A DNA stretch of 64,000 nt from Candidatus Pacearchaeota archaeon (GCA_018304105.1 JAGVWX010000019.1:65411-129410); one strand, 5' to 3'. Positions 28,234 through 38,602 are shown, counted from the stretch's first letter. Notes: generated by a model from the sequence alone, not told the origin. A program made the numbers and translations.

Positions 28234-30522
28234 TTATCCAGTATACAACGGTCCGGCTTCTAGGCCTGCCTTTACGCGCTTGAGATAATAATCTTCTATT
28301 TTCTTGTAGCGCTGGGCAGTTTCCTGGGAGACTGAAGCCTTGACTCTTTTGAAGGCTTCATCGAAATCATCTTTTGTGACTTCCTTTGCTTCTTTGTTTT
28401 TTCTTAATGCGTTTATCGCGGCTTCTCTTACGAGAGCTTCGATGTCTGCGCCGACGTAACCGTCGGTTTGCTTGACCATGTCCATGATTTTGACATCCTT
28501 TGCTAAAGGCGTATTTTTTGTGTGGACTTTGAAGATTTCTAATCTTGATTCTTCATCCGGAACGTCAGCGAGAATTATTCTGTCGAATCTTCCTGGACGA
28601 AGCAGAGCAGGGTCTAACATATCTGGGCGATTTGTTGCACCGATTATTGTAACGTCTTTCAATCCTTCTAATCCGTCGATTTCTGCGAGCAATTGGTTTA
28701 GAACACGCTCTGTGACTTTTGTTCCTTGTTCAAGCCCGCGCTTTCCGGCTAATGAATCTATTTCGTCGAAGAAGACAACGCAAGGCGCGACTTGCCTTGC
28801 TCTTTCGAAAACTTTTCTTACTCCTTCTTCAGATTTTCCGACCCACATGCTTAGCAAACTTGGGCCTTTGACTTGGATGAAGTTTGCTTCTGATTCTTTA
28901 GCGACGGCTTTTGCGAGGAGAGTCTTGCCTGTTCCAGGAGGGCCGTAAAGCAAGATTCCCTTTGGAGCGCGGATTCCAAGCCGAGCGAATGCTTCGGGAT
29001 GATGAATTGGCCATTCGACCGCTTCTTTAAGTTCTTGTTTTGTTTTTTCCATGCCGCCGATGTCATTCCAGCCGATGTTTGGAGCTTCGACGAAAACTTC
29101 CCTCATGGCGCTTGGCCTGACAACTTTAAGTGCATCTTCAAAATCTTCTAACTTAATTATTGCTTTGTCGAGAACTTCAGGAGGAATTGGCTCTTCTTCT
29201 TCGAGTTTTAATGCGGGAAGCATTTTTCTTAAGACGTTCATTGCAGCTTCTTTTGTAAGAGCAGAAAGATCCGCGCCGACAAAACCATGAGTTCTGGCTG
29301 CGAGATCCTCGAGATTTACGTTTCTTGCGAGAGGCATGTTTCTTGTGTGAATTTTTAAAATATTCAATCGGCCCTTTTTATCCGGGACGGAGATTTCAAT
29401 TTCTCTGTCGAATCTGCCCGGGCGCCTTAACGCGGGATCGAGGGAGTTTACCCTGTTGGTTGCCCCGATGACGATGACTTTTCCCCTGGATTTTAAACCG
29501 TCCATCATTGTAAGCAACTGGGAAACAACTCTTCTTTCAACTTCGCCCTGGACTTCTTCTCTTTTTGGAGCGATTGCGTCGATTTCATCGAAGAAGATAA
29601 TTGACGGCGCGTTTTTTTCAGCGTCTTCGAAGATGTCCCTGATTTTTTTCTCAGACTCTCCGTAGAATTTTGACATGACTTCTGGGCCGTTCAGTAAAAT
29701 GAAATTTGCCTCGGTTTCATTGGCAACTGCTTTTGCCAAAAGAGTTTTACCAGCCCCTGGAGGACCATGAAGAAGAACTCCTTTTGGAGGATCGATTCCA
29801 AGTTTTTGGAAAATTTCAGGATGTTTCAATGGAAGCTCGACCATCTCCCGGATTTTTTTGATTTCTTCTTCCATGCCGCCAACGTCTTCGTATGCAATGT
29901 CCGAAATTAATTCTTCTGAAACTTCGACTGCTTTTGGATTAAGCAGTATTTCTGTGTCTTCGTTGATGAAGCAAGGCTGTGCAGGAACGGTGTTTACTAC
30001 CATGAATCTTATCTGCTGAAAACTGCCAGGAAATCCTTGATTAAAGAGGTCTTGTAAATCACCAAATATATCGGGAAAGTTTTCACCACTCATGTCTCTG
30101 CGCCTTTGGACTCCGCCGAGAGAAATTATGTCTCCTTTCATTAAAGGCCTGCCAAGAAGCCCGTTGCGAAGCATTTCTGGGTCTGCTTGAACTGTGATTC
30201 CCTGCTGAGCTGGGGCGATTGTAACTTTTGCTGCGGGCCTGACTGCTATTTTTCTTACTTCAACTTGTTCGCCTACGCTGACTCTGGCATTTTTTCTGAT
30301 TAAGCCGTCTATTCTGATTATGTTTTCGCCAACGTCTGCAGGATAAGCGCGGTCCACAATCGCAAGAGTTTCTCTTCCGCCCTTGATGAAAATTATATCT
30401 CCTCTTGCGAGACCCATCTCTCTCATTAACTGGGGATCAATTCTGGCTACGCCTTTGTAAACGTCGTCTTGAAGTGATTCTACAACCTTTAGCCTTATTT
30501 GAGGCACATTTTGTTTTACCAT
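28234..30522 (-). CDS. cdc48: Cdc48/VCP-like AAA+ ATPase (N domain + D1 + D2)
   Basis: 762 aa; two Walker [17 protein letters not shown], two Walker B FFDEID, RPGRFDR second-region-of-homology motifs. Confidence 0.95.
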   Translation of the reverse strand: MVKQNVPQIRLKVVESLQDDVYKGVARIDPQLMREMGLARGDIIFIKGGRETLAIVDRAYPADVGENIIRIDGLIRKNARVSVGEQVEVRKIAVRPAAKVTIAPAQQGITVQADPEMLRNGLLGRPLMKGDIISLGGVQRRRDMSGENFPDIFGDLQDLFNQGFPGSFQQIRFMVVNTVPAQPCFINEDTEILLNPKAVEVSEELISDIAYEDVGGMEEEIKKIREMVELPLKHPEIFQKLGIDPPKGVLLHGPPGAGKTLLAKAVANETEANFILLNGPEVMSKFYGESEKKIRDIFEDAEKNAPSIIFFDEIDAIAPKREEVQGEVERRVVSQLLTMMDGLKSRGKVIVIGATNRVNSLDPALRRPGRFDREIEISVPDKKGRLNILKIHTRNMPLARNVNLEDLAARTHGFVGADLSALTKEAAMNVLRKMLPALKLEEEEPIPPEVLDKAIIKLEDFEDALKVVRPSAMREVFVEAPNIGWNDIGGMEKTKQELKEAVEWPIHHPEAFARLGIRAPKGILLYGPPGTGKTLLAKAVAKESEANFIQVKGPSLLSMWVGKSEEGVRKVFERARQVAPCVVFFDEIDSLAGKRGLEQGTKVTERVLNQLLAEIDGLEGLKDVTIIGATNRPDMLDPALLRPGRFDRIILADVPDEESRLEIFKVHTKNTPLAKDVKIMDMVKQTDGYVGADIEALVREAAINALRKNKEAKEVTKDDFDEAFKRVKASVSQETAQRYKKIEDYYLKRVKAGLEAGPLYTG

Positions 30523-30887
30523 TTTTCTCTCCTTTCTTGATTATTAAAAGATAAACTGACCCTGCCGAAATCTTCGAGGCAGAGTTTTACCATATCATTC
30601 ATGCGATAGGACATATTTTTATTCATTTCGTTAATGAAGTCGACAATTTCTTTTGGGATGCTTATTGCATGACTGTTACCAACGACTCTCAATTTGACAT
30701 TATAAGTCTTTTGTTTAAGGCTGTTAAAGCTTTCGAATTTGTGGATGTCTGTTGGGTGGATTATTTTATTTTTGCATTGAGGACATTGAATTGCGCGAAG
30801 CCTGAAACCCTGCTTGAATACCTCGGAAGGCTGCATCTCAACATTGCAGTGTTTACAGAAAATCTTAGCGTCAAATATATCTTGCAT
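30516..30887 (-). CDS. Zn-ribbon + AbrB/SpoVT-like small protein
   Basis: ATG 30887 follows TATA catttatatag; CKHC...CPQC ribbon; VVGNSHAISIPKEIVDF; overlaps the cdc48 start by 7 nt. Confidence 0.55.
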   Translation of the reverse strand: MQDIFDAKIFCKHCNVEMQPSEVFKQGFRLRAIQCPQCKNKIIHPTDIHKFESFNSLKQKTYNVKLRVVGNSHAISIPKEIVDFINEMNKNMSYRMNDMVKLCLEDFGRVSLSFNNQERREKW

Positions 30888-30930
30888 GTGTATACGAGAA
30901 GTGTATACTATATAAATGTTTTGGGAAGTT

Positions 30931-31430
30931 TTATCTACTGGCTCGATAAGCTTCCAGCATTTCAGGAAAGACTTGGTTGTTTGAAACTGCAATGATTCTT
31001 CTAGCGGTTTCATCGGTTGTTACTCCTATTTCATAGCCTAACGCGAGACAAACTGCTTCATCAACTTCTTCGAGGAGGCCAGAAAAAGATATTACATAAG
31101 GCGATTCGCCGGGGATAGGAAACAATACAGCACCGCCATATCTTTCTGTTTGTGCGTCTCTTGTTTGCCAGCTCGAGAATGTTCCTAAAGGGTTTCTGAA
31201 CCATCAGCCATAACTCTGAAAGCTTTTTCCTGAGAGAGACGGAGATATTTATCTGCTTTAATTGAATCTGGAATTTCTCCAGCAGAGATGAGCTCTCTAG
31301 TTCGAAACCAATCTGTTCCTACTGTGAGAACTCCTCCAGCGCGATGCTGCTCCCAATTGGAAGGCAAGGTTCTGGAGAGCGCGACCAGGTGAGATGCAGT
31401 TGAGCGAATCCGTTCCGAGTTCAATATCAT
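30931..31430 (-). pseudogene. Orphan gene split by a frameshift (31185-31430 plus 30931-about 31205)
   Basis: Frame A ends ...MADGSETL*; the overlapping frame reads WFRNPLGTFSSWQTRDAQTERYGGAVLFPIPGESPYV... with no ATG of its own. Confidence 0.45.
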
Positions 31431-31564
31431 TACTTGTCGATGTTGCTTGACTTTTTAAAAATTATTGTGATTTATTCTTTAGTGTTTTTGAGAAAATTAT
31501 CTCGATTTAGAGATAGACTCTGAATATTAGAAATGTTTAAATAGAATTTCAAATCATCAAATTT

Positions 31565-32059
31565 ATGAGAAAAACAATAATTTCAAAAGTTGCAGGTTTT
31601 GCAGGAGGTCTTGCGGCATCTGTGCTTGGAGCAGGCGCAGATGGATGCGATAGAAGTCATCAAACTCCAACTAGTCAACCGAGCGGTTATGCAACTACAA
31701 CTGCGCCTGTTCAAACAGTGAGAGAGGACGATCCGAAAACTTGGCCAGCACATATCGATCCGAATTGGGGGGCTGTAAAATCATATTGGGGTGAAGGAGA
31801 AGTTGAACATTTGGTCGGTGACGTTAGACTTAGGGGCTTTTATGATGATGGCGGCCAGTATGGCGAGGGGCATTGGAGATTCTTATACGCTCGAACCCTT
31901 GATGGTCAGGTGCTGCCGCTTAATTCAAGCACGCAACCTTCTGGAGCAAGGTTGGAACAGTATAAGGCGCTTGAAAGAGAATTCTCTGAAGTCAACGGAT
32001 ACGATTTAAATCGGAGAGTTTACGAAGCGATAGATTCTTTAAGAAATAAGGGACGTTGA
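31565..32059 (+). CDS. Secreted lipoprotein-like hypothetical protein
   Basis: Signal peptide ending LGAGADGC (lipobox-like); G/Y/W-rich. Confidence 0.45.
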   Translation: MRKTIISKVAGFAGGLAASVLGAGADGCDRSHQTPTSQPSGYATTTAPVQTVREDDPKTWPAHIDPNWGAVKSYWGEGEVEHLVGDVRLRGFYDDGGQYGEGHWRFLYARTLDGQVLPLNSSTQPSGARLEQYKALEREFSEVNGYDLNRRVYEAIDSLRNKGR

Positions 32060-32071
32060 TTTTGTAAGAGA

Positions 32072-32878
32072 TTATTTAGCGAAAATTGTAAATCCAAAAT
32101 CTTGAGCTAAGATTGAATTGAGATTCAGTAAATTGTCGCTTGCGCCGATTGAATACATTTTTTTTAGACTGTGCTGTTTTAGTAATTTGTCAAGGTCTGC
32201 TTCGGTGAAACTGCAAACTTTGTTGCAAGCGCTGCCGCAATCAATTCCCTGCTCTCCGGGATCTTGAATTGAATTGCCGCATAAATCTTGGGCGGAACAT
32301 CTGAAGTCTAATGTGGAACAATCGAAATCGCAATTTCCAGTCTTGCCTATTACGCATGCGCCGTCCAAACCACTTGCGGGGCAATCACTCGGGCATGAAA
32401 GGCGGTCTTCGCCGGATTCGCATTTCGTGTTTGAATTACAAAGTCTGTTTGGCAAAATGAAAGAATCCTTTAGGGTGTTATTGTAATAGATTTCTATTTT
32501 TATTACATTCTTTGAAGGGGCAACGAATACAATGTCTTTTGTTTTGTTTTTGATGTCTTCTTCAGGATTAAGCACGGGGACGTAGCCAACGAAAGCGGTT
32601 CCTTGCCTGCCAATGCCTTTCACGACGATAAAATAGGACAAATCGCGTTGGAATGAATTGTCTAAATTAATATCGCTTATTCCGAGGTTTGTCCTTTGGA
32701 AAGTTCTGCCTTGAATGTTCATATTTAATGGGACGTCGTAATAAACTGGATAACCAGAGTATGGCACTGAAGAAACTGTCACATCTGATTTAATGCTTAT
32801 CTTTATGTTTGCGCTTTCGGCAGCACTAGCTAAAGAGATTAAAAGAATTCCGAGCACTAATAGAATTATTTTTTTCAT
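32072..32878 (-). CDS. Secreted protein with Cys-rich C-terminal region (disintegrin-like CGNxxxDxGExGxDCG motif)
   Basis: Start MKKIILLVLGILLISLASA at 32878, ATGA overlap with the upstream gene; CGNSIQDPGEQGIDCGSAC. Confidence 0.65.
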   Translation of the reverse strand: MKKIILLVLGILLISLASAAESANIKISIKSDVTVSSVPYSGYPVYYDVPLNMNIQGRTFQRTNLGISDINLDNSFQRDLSYFIVVKGIGRQGTAFVGYVPVLNPEEDIKNKTKDIVFVAPSKNVIKIEIYYNNTLKDSFILPNRLCNSNTKCESGEDRLSCPSDCPASGLDGACVIGKTGNCDFDCSTLDFRCSAQDLCGNSIQDPGEQGIDCGSACNKVCSFTEADLDKLLKQHSLKKMYSIGASDNLLNLNSILAQDFGFTIFAK

Positions 32879-35634
32879 TTTGGACTCTCCAACTGGCATT
32901 TGTCCCAGTTTGCTGAACGCAGTTGACAGTACGAGCTTCGCGATGTGAGAGTTGGATAGATGTATATTTTGCTGACGCAAGGATTATTTAATTGAGAGTC
33001 GCCCATTATTGATAACGCTACGCAGGTGTTTGCCGTGTACGTGGCGTATCCTGGAAGAGTGTTTGCGTTTGGGTCTGGAGTATTAAAATTTGGATAGTAG
33101 GGCATTCCAGGGCAATTGTAACTTAGGGTCTGATCATTTTTGCAATACTCTGGAAATGGGTTTGGGCAGCCACCACTTTGAGTGGCATTTTGCAATCCCC
33201 ACCTTCCTAAATTATATTCGTCGCACAATGATGCATCAGAATGACCTTTTTCATGGGCAAATGTAGAACTTTTTCTCGCAGTGGCTTGTAAAATATACGC
33301 TTTGTCTATAAGGATTATTGGTGTTTCGGCAACGGAAAAAGAGTTATGAATACCCATAATAGTAACATCCACACTATCCAAGACCTTTATAATTGTCGTC
33401 GCATTCACATTAACTGACGAATTTGTAACTTTCAATTTATTGGGATTAAACAGGTCATTGGGCTTTAACACATCCATGTTAGTCCAGCTTACCTGCCTGT
33501 CTTTGGAAGAGTCAAATGAAATCCAATCGGACAAGTCCATCAAATTCATGGCGATTGATCCGTCTGGATTGGTGGGTTCAAAAGATGGCCCGTCATTTGG
33601 ATCATAAACTATTCTATCGATATAATAAATATTGGGATCGAAAGAATTTGACGCGAAAGCTAAAACTGGTTTTATGTCAGTTTCAAGTGCATGCTGTTTG
33701 GAAGTAAATGTACTGTTCATGAAAATTTGCTTGTCATACCATTGGATTGCTGACAATGTGTCACTAACTTGGTTATAGAACGATACTTGAGCAAATACGT
33801 TTGCGTCTATCTCGGGCGCATCCCAATTTACCGTGGCGGCTGCTCCAAACGGATTGTAAAGAACATTTGGAAAGCTTGGGTCTACTAATTGAAGACTGAA
33901 TGCGGGAAGTTTTCCTGTGACATTTCTTGGAATCCATACGGAGACTCTTTCCGCAACACCGATGGGGTCAGAAAATTGCGCTTTTTGCCTGAAATATATT
34001 GATTTTTCTTGTTTTGGATTGTCCATAAATGGATACGCCGCGCACATTACCCATTTTCCACGCCAGCCAGACGGAACTGTAAATTTCTTTGAACAACTAA
34101 ACTTCTTATGTCTAAGATTTTCCGGCAGTCCTTCGTCTCCAGAAATATATCCTTTGTCTTCGCAAGTTATTCCCCCATCGCCTTCTGATGGCATCAATGG
34201 TTTAGTTACACTTTGAGGTTGAGGCGCCAACCATTCAAATACTGAAGCATAACCGCCGCTTGTAAATCTTCCTTGTATTTCTGGGTTTGAAGTTGAAGGT
34301 TTCACAAAAGGATTTTTATAAAGTTCTTTTACAGTCTGCAAGAAGGATGGATTCTTCTCGGCATAAATCTCAAACCTCACAAATTGCTTGTCAAAACCAG
34401 CATTCCAAAACAAAGGTTCAGCCACAATATCAACATCGCATTGCAATTCAGAACCATCGACTGCTGTAAGAGTTCCAACATAATCTCCATTTTTTTCAAC
34501 TTCCAAAGGATATTGAATTGCGTTTAAGTTGGGGATACTTTCACAGTTCGGTTGATCTAAAGCAGAATAACCATCTCCATTTGAATCGTTATTGCTTTTA
34601 TCACAAACTTCTTTTTTCCCAATCACTTCTCTTTCTAAAAATTTATCATCTATGACACCATTGTCTTTTAATGCCCTTAGATAATCGCCGCTAAAATTAA
34701 TTTTTACATTTGATGCTTGCATTTTGCATCCTTTCCAAACTTGTTTAGATATTTCTCTTGCACGCACATCGTCTGAATTATTAATTCCGTTTTCATCTTT
34801 CCTAATGACTTCCGGCCCATCATAACAATCTCCATTTTCAAATGAGCCGCAAATGTATTTGCTATTGCTATTAGTTCCATATGATTCCGGCAATAACGGC
34901 GGCCCCCATTTGTATTCTTGCTTTTGATGTTGGTCTCCATCTAAATCCGCGCAGCAAGGCACGCCCCAATTATTTACTTTTGTAGTAGTATTTATTGGCC
35001 CTAAGTCTCCTGGCGTTTCTGATTGGGTTTGTGAAGTTTCTTTGATGAAGGAACAAATTGAACTTCTAACAGAACATGGCTGCACAGTTCTCCATTCCGG
35101 AGTATTACCAGCAAGCTGGCCATTTAAAATAGTGAACCATTCATTCTTTGCACATTCTCCTAACGTTCTCACTTCTATGTCTGTTTGAGTTTCGCCATTA
35201 TCGTATAAAATATATGGCGGTCTGCATTTTGCGTCTATGCCCCCATTGCCAAATACAAGCGAACGAATATTATCATCTTCTCCAGGCTGACAGACATCGC
35301 ACTTTGAACTATCTCCAACGTTATTATTATCTATATTTGTCGTTATAAAATATTTGTCAGTTCCAGGAGAACCAGTTGTAATTTCTTTGTTATATGAACA
35401 TTGTGTATAATTAAATGTGTCCGTCTGTCCGGCACTATCACATTTACAGTTTGTTATTTTAACAAAATTTATTCCATTGATACTAACATTGTAATCTTGA
35501 CTGCTAGAATAACATCTTACTGGTGCATTATACTCGAGGTTATCATGCCAAAAATAGCAGTCCTCCGCTTTCACATTCCCAATTAAAAAAATTGCGACGA
35601 ATAAAATTGCCAAAACAAAAACGAATCTTCTCAT
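32875..35634 (-). CDS. Giant secreted Cys-rich protein with C-terminal HExxH...DEY Zn-protease motif
   Basis: 919 aa, signal peptide, >40 Cys, FAHEKGHSDASLCDEY near the C-terminus. Confidence 0.7.
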   Translation of the reverse strand: MRRFVFVLAILFVAIFLIGNVKAEDCYFWHDNLEYNAPVRCYSSSQDYNVSINGINFVKITNCKCDSAGQTDTFNYTQCSYNKEITTGSPGTDKYFITTNIDNNNVGDSSKCDVCQPGEDDNIRSLVFGNGGIDAKCRPPYILYDNGETQTDIEVRTLGECAKNEWFTILNGQLAGNTPEWRTVQPCSVRSSICSFIKETSQTQSETPGDLGPINTTTKVNNWGVPCCADLDGDQHQKQEYKWGPPLLPESYGTNSNSKYICGSFENGDCYDGPEVIRKDENGINNSDDVRAREISKQVWKGCKMQASNVKINFSGDYLRALKDNGVIDDKFLEREVIGKKEVCDKSNNDSNGDGYSALDQPNCESIPNLNAIQYPLEVEKNGDYVGTLTAVDGSELQCDVDIVAEPLFWNAGFDKQFVRFEIYAEKNPSFLQTVKELYKNPFVKPSTSNPEIQGRFTSGGYASVFEWLAPQPQSVTKPLMPSEGDGGITCEDKGYISGDEGLPENLRHKKFSCSKKFTVPSGWRGKWVMCAAYPFMDNPKQEKSIYFRQKAQFSDPIGVAERVSVWIPRNVTGKLPAFSLQLVDPSFPNVLYNPFGAAATVNWDAPEIDANVFAQVSFYNQVSDTLSAIQWYDKQIFMNSTFTSKQHALETDIKPVLAFASNSFDPNIYYIDRIVYDPNDGPSFEPTNPDGSIAMNLMDLSDWISFDSSKDRQVSWTNMDVLKPNDLFNPNKLKVTNSSVNVNATTIIKVLDSVDVTIMGIHNSFSVAETPIILIDKAYILQATARKSSTFAHEKGHSDASLCDEYNLGRWGLQNATQSGGCPNPFPEYCKNDQTLSYNCPGMPYYPNFNTPDPNANTLPGYATYTANTCVALSIMGDSQLNNPCVSKIYIYPTLTSRSSYCQLRSANWDKCQLESPK

Positions 35635-36122
35635 GGTAACGGCTCCGGGCCTATAAATCCAAAAATTGGTTCGGCGATTGTTCCATTCTGCGAGGTTGAG
35701 GGAATTCTCCAGCTTCCTGAAAATCTTGGCAGAGTTGTTACTTGCCTAACAACATAAGTAGCTTTGATTGTGCTGTTTGGTGCTGCGTCGAATGGGGACA
35801 AGAGAACAATTTGAACATGGGTTGAATCGCTTCTGGCGAATGTCTGATAATTTTTGAAATTGGTGAAGCTTATGGAATTTTGGTCAATTACACCACCAGA
35901 AACAGAGTCAGAAATGACTATATCGTCTGTTGCGGCTGTTGGCGTTATAGCTAATGTGACTTTGTAAGAGCCGCCGTCAAATTCAACTGTTCGCGTGACA
36001 GAAAATTGATTTTGTGTTGGAAGTTGAGTTAGACCTTCGCTAAAGAAACCGAATGCTGTGATAATCAAGGTGATAAGCACTACGACAAAGATAAGTCTGA
36101 GCCTGTTGCTGCCTTTCTTCAT
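35631..36122 (-). CDS. Secreted/anchored protein, first gene of three-gene operon
   Basis: 163 aa, N-terminal TM; ATGA overlap with the 919-aa gene. Confidence 0.55.
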   Translation of the reverse strand: MKKGSNRLRLIFVVVLITLIITAFGFFSEGLTQLPTQNQFSVTRTVEFDGGSYKVTLAITPTAATDDIVISDSVSGGVIDQNSISFTNFKNYQTFARSDSTHVQIVLLSPFDAAPNSTIKATYVVRQVTTLPRFSGSWRIPSTSQNGTIAEPIFGFIGPEPLP

Positions 36123-36295
36123 GAAATCTCCATAAGGCTGGGGTTTAAATATTTAATTAGTCTGGAAAATCATTCCGATTTAGGAAAAATTCTAATATTT
36201 TATCGAATACAAGAGTTTAAATGGACACAAGTCTAATATTTACTGGAAAGAAATTTTTGCGAAACGTTTAAAAAAAGGCGGTTCGTGAGGAAAAA

Positions 36296-37036
36296 ATGTT
36301 TTTCGATAGAAAGGATGATAAAAAAATGAGAAAGTGCGAAGAATGTGGGGGTCGTAGTGAAGACAAGTTTAGTTTCTGCCCATTTTGCGGGAATAGTTTT
36401 GTAGATTCGAGAAAAGAGCGAGATGATTTTGGAATGCTCGGGAGAAATGATTTCATGGACAGTGAAGAAGAAACGTCTCCGCAGAATTTTGGGATGATGG
36501 ACAAGCTAGTTAATTCTATGATTAACAGCATGATGAAAAATCTTGACAAACAATTTAAGGATCAGTTTAAGGATATTGAGAGGGACCTTGATAAAACAGA
36601 AGTTAAAACTTTCCCCAATGGAATCCGAATTAAAATTTCCGGGCCATTTGGTGCGACGCAGAGACCGGGAATTAAAGTAAGGCCGAGAAAATCTGTAAGG
36701 GCTGAGAAACGGGAAATTAATGAATCGCAGTTGAAAAAGATGGGAAGCTTGCCTCGAGCCAAGGCGAAAACCTCTATGAAAAGATTTGGAAATAAAGTTG
36801 TTTATGAGCTGTCTACTCCGGGAGTTCTTTCTGCAGAAGATGTTTTTGTTTCAAAGCTTGAGAGCGGTTATGAAATCAAAGCAATCGGCGATAAGAAAAT
36901 TTATGTCAATTCTGTTCCAATTAATTTGCCTTTGAAGAAGTATTCTATTTTGAATAATAAACTGCTTATTGAATTTTTTGCGGAGAATCCGCAGCAGGAA
37001 CTTGATGTTTTTGTTTTTTCAAAAGCCATTGCATGA
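36296..37036 (+). CDS. Zn-ribbon protein with C-terminal Hsp20/ACD-like domain
   Basis: CEECGG...CPFCG; C-terminal VVYELSTPGV...YEIKAIGDKKIYVNSVPINLPL. Confidence 0.45.
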   Translation: MFFDRKDDKKMRKCEECGGRSEDKFSFCPFCGNSFVDSRKERDDFGMLGRNDFMDSEEETSPQNFGMMDKLVNSMINSMMKNLDKQFKDQFKDIERDLDKTEVKTFPNGIRIKISGPFGATQRPGIKVRPRKSVRAEKREINESQLKKMGSLPRAKAKTSMKRFGNKVVYELSTPGVLSAEDVFVSKLESGYEIKAIGDKKIYVNSVPINLPLKKYSILNNKLLIEFFAENPQQELDVFVFSKAIA

Positions 37037-37108
37037 GCAAATACAGCAGAACCGAGATTATAATTCCTGTTGCTATGGGTATTCTCCTAGTGTATAAAAC
37101 AGTTGAAT

Positions 37109-37294
37109 TCATTTTTTCAGTTTCCAAATTTTATAAGGAATAAAAATATAAATAAAAACAATCATCAAACCTGTTATAACTCCAAGGGCATAAGAATCCG
37201 GAAGTAAATCAACGACACTAAAAATTAAAGGAAGCAGTAATGTAAACACGATTAGAAATAATACAATTAACAATACTTTGACATGCGCTTTCAT
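37109..37294 (-). CDS. Small membrane protein
   Basis: 61 aa, 2 TM. Confidence 0.4.
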   Translation of the reverse strand: MKAHVKVLLIVLFLIVFTLLLPLIFSVVDLLPDSYALGVITGLMIVFIYIFIPYKIWKLKK

Positions 37295-37295
37295 T

Positions 37296-37637
37296 TTATG
37301 CGTAAATCTGTTCTGCTGATTCCTGCTCGGCTTCTGGCAGGATATTTCTTTTTGTTAAACTCCAGTCAAGTTTAATTAGATTTTTGACAAAAGGATTTTT
37401 CAGATTGAATTTGTAATAATCAGATTTTCCAATTCTCCTAGTTTTGTAAACAATTCCTACCTTTATGAAATTAGGAAAGAAAACTTTGAGAGAATTATAG
37501 CTCACGTTGCTCTCTCTTGCTATTTCAGTGAGGGGAAAATCAAAAAAATGATTATCTATAAGAAAGTCTAGGACTCTCAATTGAGGCGTATCCCCAAACT
37601 GCTCCAAAAATAAACTTTTATTTTCTTTAGCTTTCAT
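37296..37637 (-). CDS. Winged-helix DNA-binding protein
   Basis: 113 aa; FPLTEIARESNVSYNSLKVFFPNFIKVGIVYKTRRIGKSDYY. Confidence 0.55.
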   Translation of the reverse strand: MKAKENKSLFLEQFGDTPQLRVLDFLIDNHFFDFPLTEIARESNVSYNSLKVFFPNFIKVGIVYKTRRIGKSDYYKFNLKNPFVKNLIKLDWSLTKRNILPEAEQESAEQIYA

Positions 37638-37757
37638 TGTTTAAACTCCCGTCATTACGTATGTAATGACGTGTAATTGTTTATTTAAATGTTTCTCTTA
37701 ATAGGGTTTATCTTTCATTTATGGAAACATTTAAAAGTAAATGGGATTTATAGACTT

Positions 37758-38018
37758 ATGCTGACTGACGAAGAGAAAGCGCAGATAATGTTTAAATTGG
37801 CTCGTAAAGATAATCGGGGTGCTAAGTATGATAGGACAGAACATTTCAAAAGATTTCAGAGTCTTGATAGGGCAATTAAAGAACTTTCTAATTTAGGATG
37901 GCTGCTTGTTCATAAAAAATCTAAGTTTGTTGGCTTGTCTTTAAACACAGAACATAAAAGGGAGATTGTCGAGTTTATCGAGAAGAATATGTCTTATGTG
38001 AAGGGAATGATTAAGTGA
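37758..38018 (+). CDS. Hypothetical small protein
   Basis: ATG 37758 is about 25 nt after TATA catttaaaagtaa. Confidence 0.4.
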   Translation: MLTDEEKAQIMFKLARKDNRGAKYDRTEHFKRFQSLDRAIKELSNLGWLLVHKKSKFVGLSLNTEHKREIVEFIEKNMSYVKGMIK

Positions 38019-38047
38019 TTATCTTAAAAAATTTCTGCTGAGATAAA

Positions 38048-38450
38048 ATGATCCCGCTGGCTTCGAATCAAAGATTCTCGCTCGTTCGTCTGCTTACACA
38101 TCCAAACGAGGGATCTGAAGCCTAAACTTTTTAGAAAAAAGTTTTGGCGCATCAAAAACTATAATTGGATTTGCTTCGCAAATCTTGGTTTCCGTAGGAA
38201 CAAACAGCAGGATTATAATATTTCGCTTTGCTCAATATTATTAATGATCCCGCTAAGCAAAATTGCTTAGCAATTTTCCATTCGTTCGTCTGCTAAAGCA
38301 TCCAAACGAGGGATTTGAAATACAAACCCCTTTAGAAAAGGTGTTTCTATGAGTTCCCCAAACTACAATAGTCCGACAGGCTTGTCGGAAGTTCACAAGT
38401 CGCTCAGCGACTTAGTTGGGATTCTACGAATCCCAATATGATCCCGCTGG
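38048..38450 (-). repeat. Three direct copies of tRNA-Ile 3' terminus (atgatcccgct[gg]) at 38048, 38244, 38438
   Basis: Spacing 196 and 194 bp. The two non-tRNA units share the core tcgttcgtctgct....catccaaacgagggatytgaa (38083-38119, 38281-38320). Region packed with perfect 7-9 bp hairpins. Confidence 0.8.
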
Positions 38451-38513
38451 GATTTGAACCCAGGACCTCCGCCTTATCAGAGCGGCGCTCTAACCAGACT
38501 GAGCTACGGAATC
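38439..38513 (-). tRNA. tRNA-Ile (anticodon GAT)
   Basis: GATTCCG TA GCTC AGTCTGGTTA GAGC G CCGCT CTGATAA GGCGG AGGTC CTGGG TTCAAAT CCCAG CGGGATC A; full cloverleaf, no CCA. Confidence 0.95.
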
Positions 38514-38579
38514 GTTTAGCAAAGTGTGGTTAGCAAGACTCTTTCAAGAGCGCACTTAACCAGACTGAGCTATGGAATC
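38514..38579 (-). other. tRNA-Ile 5'-half-like leader element
   Basis: GATTCCATAGCTCAGTCTGGTTA (22/23 identical to the tRNA 5' end) + AGTGCG CTCT-TGAA-AGAG TCTTGCTAACCACAC TTTGCTAAAC. Confidence 0.85.
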
Positions 38580-38602
38580 ATGTTAATGAAAAAAGATAAG
38601 GC

